Below are positions 39,657 through 48,785 of a DNA stretch of 64,000 nucleotides, piece after piece. The first letter of the stretch is position 1. Each line of letters starts with the position of its first letter. The DNA comes from an uncultured virus (IMG/VR IMGVR_UViG_3300027828_000003) (lineage: Duplodnaviria; Heunggongvirae; Uroviricota; Caudoviricetes): IMG/VR virus record IMGVR_UViG_3300027828_000003. One strand, written 5' to 3'. Position numbers and translations under genes: made by a program. The notes under the pieces are model-generated. The model had not been told where the DNA came from, made no database searches, and saw only the letters and a list, made by a program, of their open reading frames with translations.

Positions 39657-39887
39657 ATCAGCCATTTTCTTGACCCTCTCGCTGGACGGACCGTGTTTCG
39701 CGCACGTCTTTCCAGTCGATAACATCCCAGCAACCGGGGCATGTCCGCTCGGTTAGTCCCTTGTGCCGGTGGAACGCGGCAACCGATCCGTCGCCGCCTT
39801 TCGGCACGCAGACCGCAATATCTTTTCCGCAATTCGAACAGGTAGCGTAGCCATCAGCCATTTTCTTGACCCTCTCGCTGGACGGAC
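39657..39887. repeat. 35-bp exact direct repeats (39657-39691, 39853-39887) flanking a 67-aa ORF
   Basis: ATCAGCCATTTTCTTGACCCTCTCGCTGGACGGAC twice; 16-bp core again at 38748-38763. Confidence 0.9.
39658..39861 (-). CDS. Small Zn-finger hypothetical protein
   Basis: CSNCG..H..C; bounded by the direct repeats. Confidence 0.55.
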   Translation of the reverse strand: MADGYATCSNCGKDIAVCVPKGGDGSVAAFHRHKGLTERTCPGCWDVIDWKDVRETRSVQREGQENG

Positions 39888-40225
39888 GGCCAACCCGGCT
39901 CTACGTCGAGCGGATGGCTGTTCATCACGCGGTCGCAGCCGGGGCGGGCGAATTGGACGTAATGCCCGTCATAGGAAACCTTGAATGCCGGTTTTCCGCC
40001 GACCGTGATTTTATCGCCCATTCCTGGTGTGTTTGGTGCGCGGATGACGCGTGATATTTTTAGAAAGTCGCCAAACTTGCAGCGGCTATCGCAGTGCGTG
40101 TAACTCAGCCAAGCATCACGGCGGGCCTTTCCGTGCGACGCGGCAAAGTAGTGACCAGGGTCGAACCCGTCGACGACGACCAGATATCGCTTGATCAGAA
40201 ATGCGCCCATTATCGCCTCTGTCAT
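39854..40225 (-). CDS. Hypothetical protein
   Basis: Coupled ORF ending SVQREGQENG. Confidence 0.55.
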   Translation of the reverse strand: MTEAIMGAFLIKRYLVVVDGFDPGHYFAASHGKARRDAWLSYTHCDSRCKFGDFLKISRVIRAPNTPGMGDKITVGGKPAFKVSYDGHYVQFARPGCDRVMNSHPLDVEPGWPSVQREGQENG

Positions 40226-40518
40226 CTAGGGGGCCGGCCCGCCGCCTTATCCAGCGCGGCTTGCGCCCGTTTCTGCCAGCCCTTCCTTCCGTCCAAAGCC
40301 GCCTGCAAAGCGGCCTTCATTTCCGGTGCGGCAGTAGCCACCTGAGCGCATGAAATCCGGGCGTTAAAATCCTGAATGTCGGAACTGTCGAAGCCGGGCC
40401 AAGCGATCACTTCAAACGGCCGGCCGTCTTTCCGTGTGCGTTGTTCGTGGAAGATCGCGATAGTCTTTGCGCTCCAACCGACAAACAGTTTCCACGGCCC
40501 GTCCGCGTACCTAGTCAT
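40222..40518 (-). CDS. Hypothetical phage protein
   Basis: GPW...A.AAPEM..AL...A.AAL.KA motif common in phage early proteins. Confidence 0.6.
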   Translation of the reverse strand: MTRYADGPWKLFVGWSAKTIAIFHEQRTRKDGRPFEVIAWPGFDSSDIQDFNARISCAQVATAAPEMKAALQAALDGRKGWQKRAQAALDKAAGRPPR

Positions 40519-40862
40519 CGTTCGTCGCTCCGAGATACCTCGCGAAGGAGCAACCCGCCCTTGCGAACGTGCTGACGCTCCCCGTCGGATATTTGCTGGG
40601 CGGCCGGCGGCCGGTACCATTCGAAGTCCGCACGCATCGTTTGGTCGAAGACGCGATACAAGCTGCTCGTCATCTTGCCTTCGCAACCAGGTGTCGACCT
40701 GCAACGAGAAACGATGAAAGGAGTCACACCGGCGTCAATATCGACCGTCACGATATGTCCGCGGCAAGTGTCGCAGACATAGATGTTCTTCTTGCCGACC
40801 GGGCACTGTGCAGCGAAGTCATCCGGTACGCCGTTCGAATAGTCAGGTTCTTCGGACCGCAT
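40515..40862 (-). CDS. Hypothetical Cys-rich protein
   Basis: NIY.C..C, GVTPF, EWYRP. Confidence 0.55.
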   Translation of the reverse strand: MRSEEPDYSNGVPDDFAAQCPVGKKNIYVCDTCRGHIVTVDIDAGVTPFIVSRCRSTPGCEGKMTSSLYRVFDQTMRADFEWYRPPAAQQISDGERQHVRKGGLLLREVSRSDER

Positions 40863-41085
40863 GCGATCTTTCCTTTCCTGTTACTGCGAAGAATGCGTCG
40901 GGCATGATCTCGCGACACGGTGATGAGCGCCGGCCTCAACATGCGTCGTGAGGATTCGATCCGCCTCCCGGCATGCCTTGTCTCGACGGGCCCGGGCGGC
41001 GGTAAGCTGACGTTCGACGTCAGCGACTTCCCGTTCGCACAAAGTCACGAAATGCAAAACCTGCATCGGTGTCATCTTGGATGGA

Positions 41086-41490
41086 TCAGCCACGGTTCTT
41101 CCTCCGAGACCACATGAAGTCCGGCGGCTCCGGCAGGATGAAAAGATGCCGCATGTTCGCGACGTTTATGACCTCGTCGTCTGGCGGGAATACTTCGACT
41201 GCGCATCGATCGCCGCGACCGCATTCGGACTTGAGCCGTTGCAGCTCTTCCCATTCGATACAGTCGTCCCAGCCGCCGCCCTTTAGACGGGTTCGGTTGA
41301 CACTCAAACGCTCGAAACCGTTCCCCAAGGCGAATACCTGAACCAGGAAATGCCGTGATCGCCATACCTCTACGCGGTTGGAATCTGCCTGATACAAGTC
41401 CAGGTCAATGCCTTGCACCAAGATCAACTTGTTTGGCCATCGCCTGTTTTCAGCAGCAATTGCCTGACGTTCCCGCTTTGTCGGACCCAT
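41086..41490 (-). CDS. Conserved hypothetical phage protein
   Basis: W.ELQ.LK.E...AVEVFPP...IN.ANM.HL. Confidence 0.65.
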   Translation of the reverse strand: MGPTKRERQAIAAENRRWPNKLILVQGIDLDLYQADSNRVEVWRSRHFLVQVFALGNGFERLSVNRTRLKGGGWDDCIEWEELQRLKSECGRGDRCAVEVFPPDDEVINVANMRHLFILPEPPDFMWSRRKNRG

Positions 41491-41503
41491 AGAAAAATCC
41501 CAA

Positions 41504-41734
41504 CTATCGAATGCTCAAGGCGTTGAAGACGGTGCAACGAATGCTGCTCGACAGGTTGAAGGAACCTCTGTTGTCGTCGATCTCAGTGACAATCTGGTTC
41601 ACGGACTTCTTCCGCAGTGCAGACAACTTGCACAGGCCGTCCCAAAACACTTCCTCGAGCGAAACACTGGTCCGATGACCGTTGACGATCACCGAACGTT
41701 TTTTGATCAGGCAAGGATTACTGACTTGCGACAT
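41504..41734 (-). CDS. Ribbon-helix-helix (RHH_4) DNA-binding protein
   Basis: KRSV.V.GHRTSVSLE..FW..L...NLSS.IR. Confidence 0.9.
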   Translation of the reverse strand: MSQVSNPCLIKKRSVIVNGHRTSVSLEEVFWDGLCKLSALRKKSVNQIVTEIDDNRGSFNLSSSIRCTVFNALSIR

Positions 41735-42130
41735 TTTTGTGTCCTCCCGTTCCGGCGCCGTCCAAATGCTCTTTCAACGCAACAAGTGTCTCTTCCTGCC
41801 GCTTGAGCTTTGCGAGCCGATCTTCAGCGAGCCGACGATCGAACCGAACGTCGTTCAGGAGCAGTTCGATCCCGACCCGAAGTTGATGGATGCTTTTCCC
41901 CATTGGGCCGGCCTAACTGGTGTATTCGATGAACTTGAACTCACCGCCGCCGAAACTTTCCATCCGCCCGCCCAAGGGACCGGTGAAGCGTTCCTCGATT
42001 TCGTGCCGCTGCACACCTTCCTGATAGCGTCCGCTGATTTCCCTGCCGGCGCGTGTGTTGATGTCGCGGATGACCTGGATCCTCTGGTCAATACTGTCTT
42101 GCATGTCTCTACTCCCTACCATGATATGAA

Positions 42131-42208
42131 AGAATATCATCTGATTTATGAGTGTCAATCATATTTATGTGTACTTCTCATTGACTTTGCCAGCCAGACA
42201 ATCATAAT
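42131..42208. promoter_or_regulatory. Divergent sigma70-like promoters with two operator-like palindromes
   Basis: Minus TTGACA-N16-TATTCT; plus TTGACT-N16-CATAAT; ATGAGTGTCAATCAT (42148) and ATGTGTACTTCTCAT (42167). Confidence 0.6.
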
Positions 42209-42344
42209 CGGCAAATCGGCACGCACACCGATTCCTACCCAAACCACTTCCCAAGGCCGGGCCTGAAATATGGTCCGGCCAATTTTTCTTGACCCTATGA
42301 ACGCCGTCGATAATGATTTTTCCTCATTATCCATGAGGGAACGA

Positions 42345-42923
42345 ATGTCTGAAAAACTTAAAATCGCCACCGTTGGCATCGGCAGCATAATCGCAAACCC
42401 CAAGAATGCTCGATCTCATCCGGATGAGCAGATTCAACACTTGGTCGCGAGCATCAAACGGTTCGGTCAACCGCGTCCGATCCTCGTCCGTAAAGAAAAC
42501 AAGATGATTGTCGGTGGTCACGGCATCTTTACGGCCTGTAAACTTGCCGGCCTCGAGCATGTCTCCGCCATTCTATGGGACGTCGATCAAGCGACGGCGG
42601 ATGCCTACATGCTCGCCGACAACCGGCTCGGCGATCTGTCGACCGATGACGAAGATCGAGTGGCCGCCCTTCTCCGCGAAATCAACGCAGACGACTATTT
42701 CGCGATCGGTTTCGACGACACTGAGGTGTCTCGGCTTCTGGATGAACTGGAAGAAGACGCGATCGAAGTCGAGGAACTTTCCGCAGACTTGGTTTCGGAT
42801 AGCTTCTGGATCACCATCAGAGGGCCGCTCGCGAACCAAGCCGCGGCACTCGACCGATTGAAGGCCGCGATGGTGGACCTCGAAGATGTCGACGTGGAGC
42901 TCGGCACGACGCCGGGAATGTAG
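42345..42923 (+). CDS. ParB/Srx N-terminal domain protein
   Basis: NPKNARSH..QI..L..SI..FG..PI, I.GHG, Y..ADNR. Confidence 0.85.
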   Translation: MSEKLKIATVGIGSIIANPKNARSHPDEQIQHLVASIKRFGQPRPILVRKENKMIVGGHGIFTACKLAGLEHVSAILWDVDQATADAYMLADNRLGDLSTDDEDRVAALLREINADDYFAIGFDDTEVSRLLDELEEDAIEVEELSADLVSDSFWITIRGPLANQAAALDRLKAAMVDLEDVDVELGTTPGM

Positions 42924-42925
42924 GG

Positions 42926-43558
42926 ATGAAGAAACTGAACCGATTTTCGTCGACTCTGAATAAGAATAAGAAAAAGGCCAACAACCACCCTGCAGCCGAG
43001 AAGGCCAAGGCACAGATCCGCCAGAACGTCCTGGACGTTATCGGCGCCGACGATGCTTCCGTCTTCGACGCTTTCGCCGGCGAGGGCGTCATGCATACCG
43101 CGGTCTGGCATGCCGCAAAGAGCTATATCGGCTGCGATCTGGTCTGGTACCGAGACACGCGAACCGCCTTCGTCTGCGACAACACCCGCGTCTTGCGAGC
43201 GGTCGACCTTCAGCAGTTCAACATCTTCGATTTCGATGCTTACGGGTCGCCATGGGAACAGGCGTTCATCCTCGCTTCGAGGCGTGAGGTCAAACCGGGC
43301 GAACGCATCGGTCTGATTCTCACAGAGGGAAGCGGACTCAATCTGAAGCTGGGGGGATTGCCGATCGCCCTCCGCAAGCTGGCTGGCGTGCGGAAGACCT
43401 TCGCCGGGGGGAACCGGCATCATGACGACCTGATCGACATGGCATTGGCCGGCGTGTGCCGGCGCATGAACGTCAAGATCGTGAAGCGGTGGCGGGCGGT
43501 CCGCAAAGGCGGCGCTGCCATGCGCTATATCGGCGTTGTGTTGGAAGGAATCTCCTGA
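42926..43558 (+). CDS. SAM-dependent methyltransferase-like protein
   Basis: VFDAFAGEG motif I; FDFDAYGSPW. Confidence 0.55.
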   Translation: MKKLNRFSSTLNKNKKKANNHPAAEKAKAQIRQNVLDVIGADDASVFDAFAGEGVMHTAVWHAAKSYIGCDLVWYRDTRTAFVCDNTRVLRAVDLQQFNIFDFDAYGSPWEQAFILASRREVKPGERIGLILTEGSGLNLKLGGLPIALRKLAGVRKTFAGGNRHHDDLIDMALAGVCRRMNVKIVKRWRAVRKGGAAMRYIGVVLEGIS

Positions 43559-43624
43559 GCCGCAGGCGCCGCCCAGATCGAAACCTGGACGGCTCCCCTG
43601 CAACGGAGATCTGACTTGGCGGCT

Positions 43625-43683
43625 GCCTCATCAGGCCACGGGTACCACCCGTGACGACCAGCCCGAAAAGGGCTGGTTTCGGC
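43625..43683 (-). ncRNA. Hammerhead ribozyme, type II; predicted cleavage 3' of C at 43656
   Basis: GCC-GAAA-CCAGCCC UUUUC GGGCUGG-UC-GUCACGGG UGGUA CCCGUGGC-CUGAUGA-GGC. Confidence 0.8.
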
Positions 43684-43702
43684 TTGTTCCGGCCGATGCC
43701 GG

Positions 43703-43885
43703 TCAGTCCTGGCTCATCCTGGCCTTGAATGACCGGATGGTCATGGTTTCGACTTCACCTTTCGGGTCCGTCGGATAGAACTCACCGTGGATGCAGTCTT
43801 TCGCGAAAGCCACGGCTTCCGAACGTGTACAGGGTTTGTCCGTCTTGAGGACGATGCAGATTTCATGGCGTCTGCTTTTGGCCAT
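43703..43885 (-). CDS. Hypothetical protein
   Basis: AAGGAG RBS; last gene of leftward operon. Confidence 0.5.
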   Translation of the reverse strand: MAKSRRHEICIVLKTDKPCTRSEAVAFAKDCIHGEFYPTDPKGEVETMTIRSFKARMSQD

Positions 43886-44129
43886 GGGTTTCTCCTTTCT
43901 CGCTGAAGAGCGGTAAATCCAGACCCTGTCTCTCCGAAGGCAGCGGCCGCTCATCCGGACGGCAGATATTCCAGGGACATTCCTTGAAGTGCCCTTCGTC
44001 GTAAGCCTGCAAAATCCGGGGTTTGTGGTAGGTGCATTCGTGGCCGGACGGCCGCCGGCAGTGACTACCGACTTTCGCTTTGCACTCCGAACACGGGACT
44101 TCCAACGCGGGATGGCGCCGCCAAGTCAT
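43863..44129 (-). CDS. Zn-finger domain protein
   Basis: AL.V.C..C.A..G..C.RPSG...H..R. Confidence 0.55.
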   Translation of the reverse strand: MTWRRHPALEVPCSECKAKVGSHCRRPSGHECTYHKPRILQAYDEGHFKECPWNICRPDERPLPSERQGLDLPLFSEKGETHGQKQTP

Positions 44130-44155
44130 GCCGCACCCTTTGTTGCACCCGACCG

Positions 44156-44575
44156 TCATAACAGACCGATCCGGTTGTCGGGCCCGGTCCATTCCATCAA
44201 GGCAACGCCCTTCAGGAATTCATGGTCCACGATGTCCGACTCCAACACCGACTTGGCGCGGTGCAGAGCCTGATGGTCGATATCGCCGCCGCGGCGGGCG
44301 ACAATCTCGATCATCATTCCATCGTAGTCGTCGGAGAACCGGAACACGCCCGGCCAACAGTCGAAGTGGATGTCCGGCGTTGCGCCGGCGCCGCCCCAGT
44401 TCTCCCAATCTCCATCGGGATTCTTGATGAGGTCCGGATAGCCGTACATGCCATGCGGCGCCAACCGGTCCTTGACCCAGAGCCATGCCGCATGTTGCCG
44501 TTCACGCAGCTTCGCCTCGATCAAATCCGGATGGGATTGGCTCCCGACTTCCGTATCAAACAGACTTTGCTGCAT
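44156..44575 (-). CDS. Hypothetical protein
   Basis: GGAGG RBS before ATG. Confidence 0.5.
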   Translation of the reverse strand: MQQSLFDTEVGSQSHPDLIEAKLRERQHAAWLWVKDRLAPHGMYGYPDLIKNPDGDWENWGGAGATPDIHFDCWPGVFRFSDDYDGMMIEIVARRGGDIDHQALHRAKSVLESDIVDHEFLKGVALMEWTGPDNRIGLL

Positions 44576-44891
44576 GGCTGCCTCCCATTGGTCGATGGTC
44601 GAAAAGCGGCAGGCCATCCCCCAATTCGGGTTTGGTCTCGTAACGCCGGATTCCTTCCTCGGTCACATAGTAATCACCGGCCGGGCCTGGTCCTTTCAGG
44701 CTGCCGTTTCCCATCAGGACTTCGAAAGCCGCATAAATGCGCGTCCTCTTCCAGCCATAGGGATCGGCACCCGGCCGTCCACCCATCTGGTGTTGAATGG
44801 CGAACATAGACATGGCGCCTATACCAGACGGGCTCCACCGACGGATACGCGCAAAAAGCACGGCATCGTCCGGTTTCTTTTCGTCTTTCAT
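44556..44891 (-). CDS. Hypothetical protein
   Basis: Starts after shared CUGCAACAUGGAGG motif. Confidence 0.55.
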   Translation of the reverse strand: MKDEKKPDDAVLFARIRRWSPSGIGAMSMFAIQHQMGGRPGADPYGWKRTRIYAAFEVLMGNGSLKGPGPAGDYYVTEEGIRRYETKPELGDGLPLFDHRPMGGSHAAKSV

Positions 44892-44917
44892 TTCTACCTC
44901 CATGTTGCAGTGTGGTT

Positions 44918-44979
44918 TCCCACTACCGACCCCGCAGGGCCGGTTTCGACCAGTCACCAACTGGTCTCGTCAGGCAGGA
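44918..44979 (-). ncRNA. Hammerhead ribozyme, type I (GUA triplet, cleavage after 44924)
   Basis: UCCUGC-CUGACGA-GACCAG UUGGUGA CUGGUC-GAAA-CCGGCCC UGCG GGGUCGG-UA-GUGGGA. Confidence 0.9.
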
Positions 44980-47048
44980 TTTCTTGATTGGCTTACCGAT
45001 AGCGCGGTGGCGATCGGCTGCACCCAGATCGGTTCGTTCGACAGCGAAAAGGTCTGTCCGCTCCATGCCATCAGCAAGGTGCGTCCCATGGTCGAGGCGA
45101 TGGCCTGCGCTGCGGGCGGCGGGACCGCGTTTCCGATCCGTTCCCGCCATGCCGAGTCCGAAAGCCCCTCGAGCTCCATATGCTCTTCGGGACAAACGAG
45201 CCCTTGTAAAGCGGCCAACTCCAAGGTCGTGAACGGGCGATGCCACGTATTGTCGAGGGAGTGGATCACCACCACCAACCGGTCTTCCGGCGCCGGCAGT
45301 TGACAAATCGGGTCGATATTCGGATCCGGTTGCACACGCGGGTCCGCAACCGACCATCGCCCGTTGTCATGCTGAGCCGCCGCCGAGACCGCGCCGGCCG
45401 AGTCCCACCACGGGACAACACCGTAGTGCCCGCCCGATTGGTAGTGTTCCCGGCCGTCCTTGGTGAATTCAGGCCGGGGATCGGCAACGGAGAAGGCCCC
45501 GTTCCCGGTTCCGCTGGCCCCGATGACGGTGCCTGCCTGTCCATCCCAGTCGACGACACGATACTTGCCTTTCCCCTGGTAGGACGAATCCGGCCGCGGA
45601 TCGGCCACGCTCAACGCACCGGATGCAACCTGTTGGGCGCCAGTGATGGTGTAGGCCGGGTCTCCCCAGTCCGTGACCTTCAACTTGGCGCTCGATGCAC
45701 CTGGATGCCAATTGTTGTAGCGAGGATCGGCCACCGAGAACTTTCCGTTCGTCGGGAAGCTTTCCCCCGCGACAGTACCGGCCTGCTCGTTCCAGTCCGT
45801 GACGCCCATATGGCCATTGAAATGACCGCCACGGGGATCGGCCACGGACATTGCGGCGCCACCGACATGCTTCGCGCCGGTGACGACATGGGCGCTCCGG
45901 TCCCATCGCACGACACGATAGAACCCGTTGTGCCGGTTCTTCGATGGAGGCATGCGCGGATCGGCCACCGAATGGGGCCCACCACCGACCAACATCTTGC
46001 CGGTGACGACACCCGTCGATTGATCCCATTTCCGAACGCCATGCTGAACCGATCGAGGATGACCGTCGATGCGCGGGTCCGCCACGCTGTAACAGCCGTT
46101 CGTCGGCGTGCTGCGACCCTTCACCGTCACCGCCGGGCTGCCCCATGGAGTGACCCCCATGACGCCCTGGTGATAGCTTTGGTCGGGCATGATCCCGAAA
46201 TCCTTGAGAAAGCCGTCTTCAACATTCAGACGTTTCAAGGATCGCCAATCGCTACCGGCCTCGATGAAGGCCAGCCGAACCCAGGTTTTCCATTGAAGCG
46301 ACGGGATGCGATGCATGGGCCCCGCGGCCGCGACATCGCCGGGCAACGGGAAGCGTTCCAAGACCTCCCCTACCCCTTTCAAAGGCCTATGCATAGGCTC
46401 ATAGAGGAAGGGCGGAATCTTCTCCGCGTGCCGTGCCACGAGCAGGAAACGCTTCCGGCTCTGGGCCAAGCCGCCGAGATGGCCGCAATCGTGCGTCGTC
46501 TCCGCGACCAGATAGCCGTAATGCGCCAGGAGCGCGACAATCCGGTCGAGAAGCTTCCGACCGCGGTTCATGATGCGGGGAACGTTCTCAAACACGATCA
46601 GTTCCGGCGGATCATCCTGCCAGGCCTCGAGCATGAGCCAGACCCCGCGAAGGGTAAGGCTGTTCAACGCCTGATACTTGTCGCCCTTGCTGGCCGCTTC
46701 GGGCAACAAGCCCGAGAAGCCTTTGCAGGGAGCGGACAGGAACACGATATGCGGACGTTCGCCGCCCGCCGCGCGCTGGATGTCTGCCGCCGTGGCTTCG
46801 GTCCACCCATAAGGCGGCTCCTTGCCATGAAACGCCATGTACTGCTGGCGATTGAACAGGTCCAAGACCGTTCCTTTCACGCCGGCCAGCTGATCGAAAT
46901 CAGCAATGGCGCCTTGGTCGACATCGATTCCACCGATGCATTTGAACTTCGCGTTCAGGCTACCAACGCGGGCTTCGCCTTTGTTGAAGCCTTTCGCGCC
47001 GCCACCCAATCCGCAGAATAGGTGGAAGTGCCTAATCTCTACATCCAT
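44970..47048 (-). CDS. DNA (cytosine-5) methyltransferase with internal repeats
   Basis: HLFCGLGG, APCKGFS, ENV, Q.R.R, IGNAVP; seven SVADPR repeats; start moved to ATG after shared RBS. Confidence 0.9.
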   Translation of the reverse strand: MDVEIRHFHLFCGLGGGAKGFNKGEARVGSLNAKFKCIGGIDVDQGAIADFDQLAGVKGTVLDLFNRQQYMAFHGKEPPYGWTEATAADIQRAAGGERPHIVFLSAPCKGFSGLLPEAASKGDKYQALNSLTLRGVWLMLEAWQDDPPELIVFENVPRIMNRGRKLLDRIVALLAHYGYLVAETTHDCGHLGGLAQSRKRFLLVARHAEKIPPFLYEPMHRPLKGVGEVLERFPLPGDVAAAGPMHRIPSLQWKTWVRLAFIEAGSDWRSLKRLNVEDGFLKDFGIMPDQSYHQGVMGVTPWGSPAVTVKGRSTPTNGCYSVADPRIDGHPRSVQHGVRKWDQSTGVVTGKMLVGGGPHSVADPRMPPSKNRHNGFYRVVRWDRSAHVVTGAKHVGGAAMSVADPRGGHFNGHMGVTDWNEQAGTVAGESFPTNGKFSVADPRYNNWHPGASSAKLKVTDWGDPAYTITGAQQVASGALSVADPRPDSSYQGKGKYRVVDWDGQAGTVIGASGTGNGAFSVADPRPEFTKDGREHYQSGGHYGVVPWWDSAGAVSAAAQHDNGRWSVADPRVQPDPNIDPICQLPAPEDRLVVVIHSLDNTWHRPFTTLELAALQGLVCPEEHMELEGLSDSAWRERIGNAVPPPAAQAIASTMGRTLLMAWSGQTFSLSNEPIWVQPIATALSVSQSRNPA

Positions 47049-47081
47049 AACAGTTTCTCCTTGTTGCAGTTTGCGGGACAT

Positions 47082-47143
47082 CCCGCGACCGGGCGCCGAA
47101 GCACCCGGTTTCGGCTGTGTGTCAAACAGCCTCATCAGGCGGG
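47082..47143 (-). ncRNA. Hammerhead ribozyme, type I (GUC, cleavage after 47087)
   Basis: CCCGC-CUGAUGA-GGCUGU UUGACAC ACAGCC-GAAA-CCGGGUGC UUCG GCGCCCGG-UC-GCGGG. Confidence 0.92.
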
Positions 47144-47183
47144 TAATGAGTTTTACTCATTCTCACAGGTAAAAAAACACCGA

Positions 47184-48659
47184 TCATCTGTATGGAAAGG
47201 ATTTGTCCTTGTTCAGGCAGACGATCACCGTGTTGACGTTCGTGCCAACAGGCAGAAACGAGCCCGGCGGGAGATCATCCATCCGGGCCTTGTATTCATC
47301 CAGCAGCTTCCGGAAGGCCACGCTCTTCTTCGTCATCCTGAATTCCGTTCCGGCGCTCATGATCGAGATCAGATAGCCGTTCGGATTCAGGAATTTCATC
47401 GCGTGCAAGACGTGGTCAATGTCCCGTTCGAGGTCGAACGGTGGATTCATCACGACCCGGTCGTAGATCGGCTTTGGCTCGACATCCAGGAAATCACCGC
47501 AAGTCACCTTGCGGAACTTCCCGGATGCATCGAGTTCGGCCGCCAAATCTGTCTGGATTTCGACACAATCGACAACACCGCCATTCTCGACCGCTCTATA
47601 GGCCAAGCTGCCGTTACCGGCGGACGGTTCTAGAACGAGCAAAGGTCTTCGGTCTTCAGTAGGACGCCAAATCTTCGCTTGCCTCATGACGATCTCCGCG
47701 GCGTCCTCCGGCGTCGGGTAGAAGCCCCACCCTTTCGCCGGCGTGCGCTTGACCTTGAAGAGGCTGTCTTCCTCTTCCGCGGCCTTGCGGTACTTTTCGC
47801 TGCGCTCTTCGGGAATCACGTCGCCGTAGTATTCCGCCAAGAGCTTGTTGACCCGTTCAACCAGGTCGTCGCGCTGGAACCAGACGTGACAGTTTCCGTT
47901 CTTGAAAATACGGATCTTGAAATACTCTGAATCGACTTCGGTTTGACGGGGTGAAAGAGAATGACCGTCATTCCTTCGCGCTGTCTCTATGGCGTTTAGG
48001 AGTTGGCTATAAGCCGGGTTGTCCCGTTCGTCGTCGAGAACACGAAAAGTTCGCTCGATGTCGATCAGCGTGTCACGCATGTTGCTGTAATGGTTCCAAG
48101 TGCCCCACTCATCGAAACACCGGTCCAGGATCACACGGTTGCCGATTTTCCAACCGTCGTGGCTTCTGAACCGTCGATCCAGCTTGGAAAAGCAAGTGGC
48201 GATTCCGCGCTTGAAGATCGTGTCACGGTCCAGGAACAGCTGCTCTATGGTGGCAATGACGTTTTCTTCAGTGATGTCGGGTGGATCATCCACCAACTGC
48301 CTCCGAAGATCGTCCTTCGCCGTTTTGTCCATCAGCTGCTCAAGAGCCGTGATTTCGATGATCCTGGACCAGCAGTCGGAGTCGACCGCGCGCCGAACCG
48401 TCGTTTCAAAGAATTCACGCGACGGAACATTGAAGTCCGTCAGGTGGCATTTCTGAAGATGTTTCGACGAACCGTAATTGAAGCCGGTCGTGCCGGCCGC
48501 CATACGGGTTTTGGTCTTGTGCGCTTCATCGATCGCCTGCCGAGCCGATTCCAAGGCGTCATAGGCGCAACCGTAGAGACGGAGCGCCTCGTCCCTGTAC
48601 CGGACCAGTTCGGCGACAGTGATGCGAAGTGCTGGAAGTTGACCGTCAGGCATGACCAT
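47184..48659 (-). CDS. DUF4942 domain + amino-methyltransferase
   Basis: YF..R.FKNGN.H..F.R.DLV...N; FYPTP, LEPSAG.G, MNPPF. Confidence 0.85.
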   Translation of the reverse strand: MVMPDGQLPALRITVAELVRYRDEALRLYGCAYDALESARQAIDEAHKTKTRMAAGTTGFNYGSSKHLQKCHLTDFNVPSREFFETTVRRAVDSDCWSRIIEITALEQLMDKTAKDDLRRQLVDDPPDITEENVIATIEQLFLDRDTIFKRGIATCFSKLDRRFRSHDGWKIGNRVILDRCFDEWGTWNHYSNMRDTLIDIERTFRVLDDERDNPAYSQLLNAIETARRNDGHSLSPRQTEVDSEYFKIRIFKNGNCHVWFQRDDLVERVNKLLAEYYGDVIPEERSEKYRKAAEEEDSLFKVKRTPAKGWGFYPTPEDAAEIVMRQAKIWRPTEDRRPLLVLEPSAGNGSLAYRAVENGGVVDCVEIQTDLAAELDASGKFRKVTCGDFLDVEPKPIYDRVVMNPPFDLERDIDHVLHAMKFLNPNGYLISIMSAGTEFRMTKKSVAFRKLLDEYKARMDDLPPGSFLPVGTNVNTVIVCLNKDKSFPYR

Positions 48660-48727
48660 GGCCCCCTTCCCGCTTTTTCAAGTGTTTCATCGTAGTTCTC
48701 CATGTTGCAGTTGTGGGGTAGTGACTT

Positions 48728-48785
48728 CCCACGACCGCCCCAAAAGGGCGGTTTCGGCCCGTGTCACGGGGCCTCGTCAGGTGGG
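48728..48785 (-). ncRNA. Hammerhead ribozyme, type I (GUC, cleavage after 48733)
   Basis: CCCAC-CUGACGA-GGCCC CGUGACAC GGGCC-GAAA-CCGCCC UUUUG GGGCGG-UC-GUGGG. Confidence 0.92.

Noticed and set aside
45240..47021. Long antisense ORFs (also 4251-5891, 53870-55003, 60224-61585)
   Set aside because: Shadow frames of well-supported genes in GC-rich DNA, with no recognisable motifs.
47049..47135. N-terminal 29-aa extension of the C5 methyltransferase in the ORF track
   Set aside because: It is the hammerhead and RBS sequence; the ATG at 47048 follows the shared motif. The same applies to the extended starts of ORFs 44556-44960 and 52554-53198.
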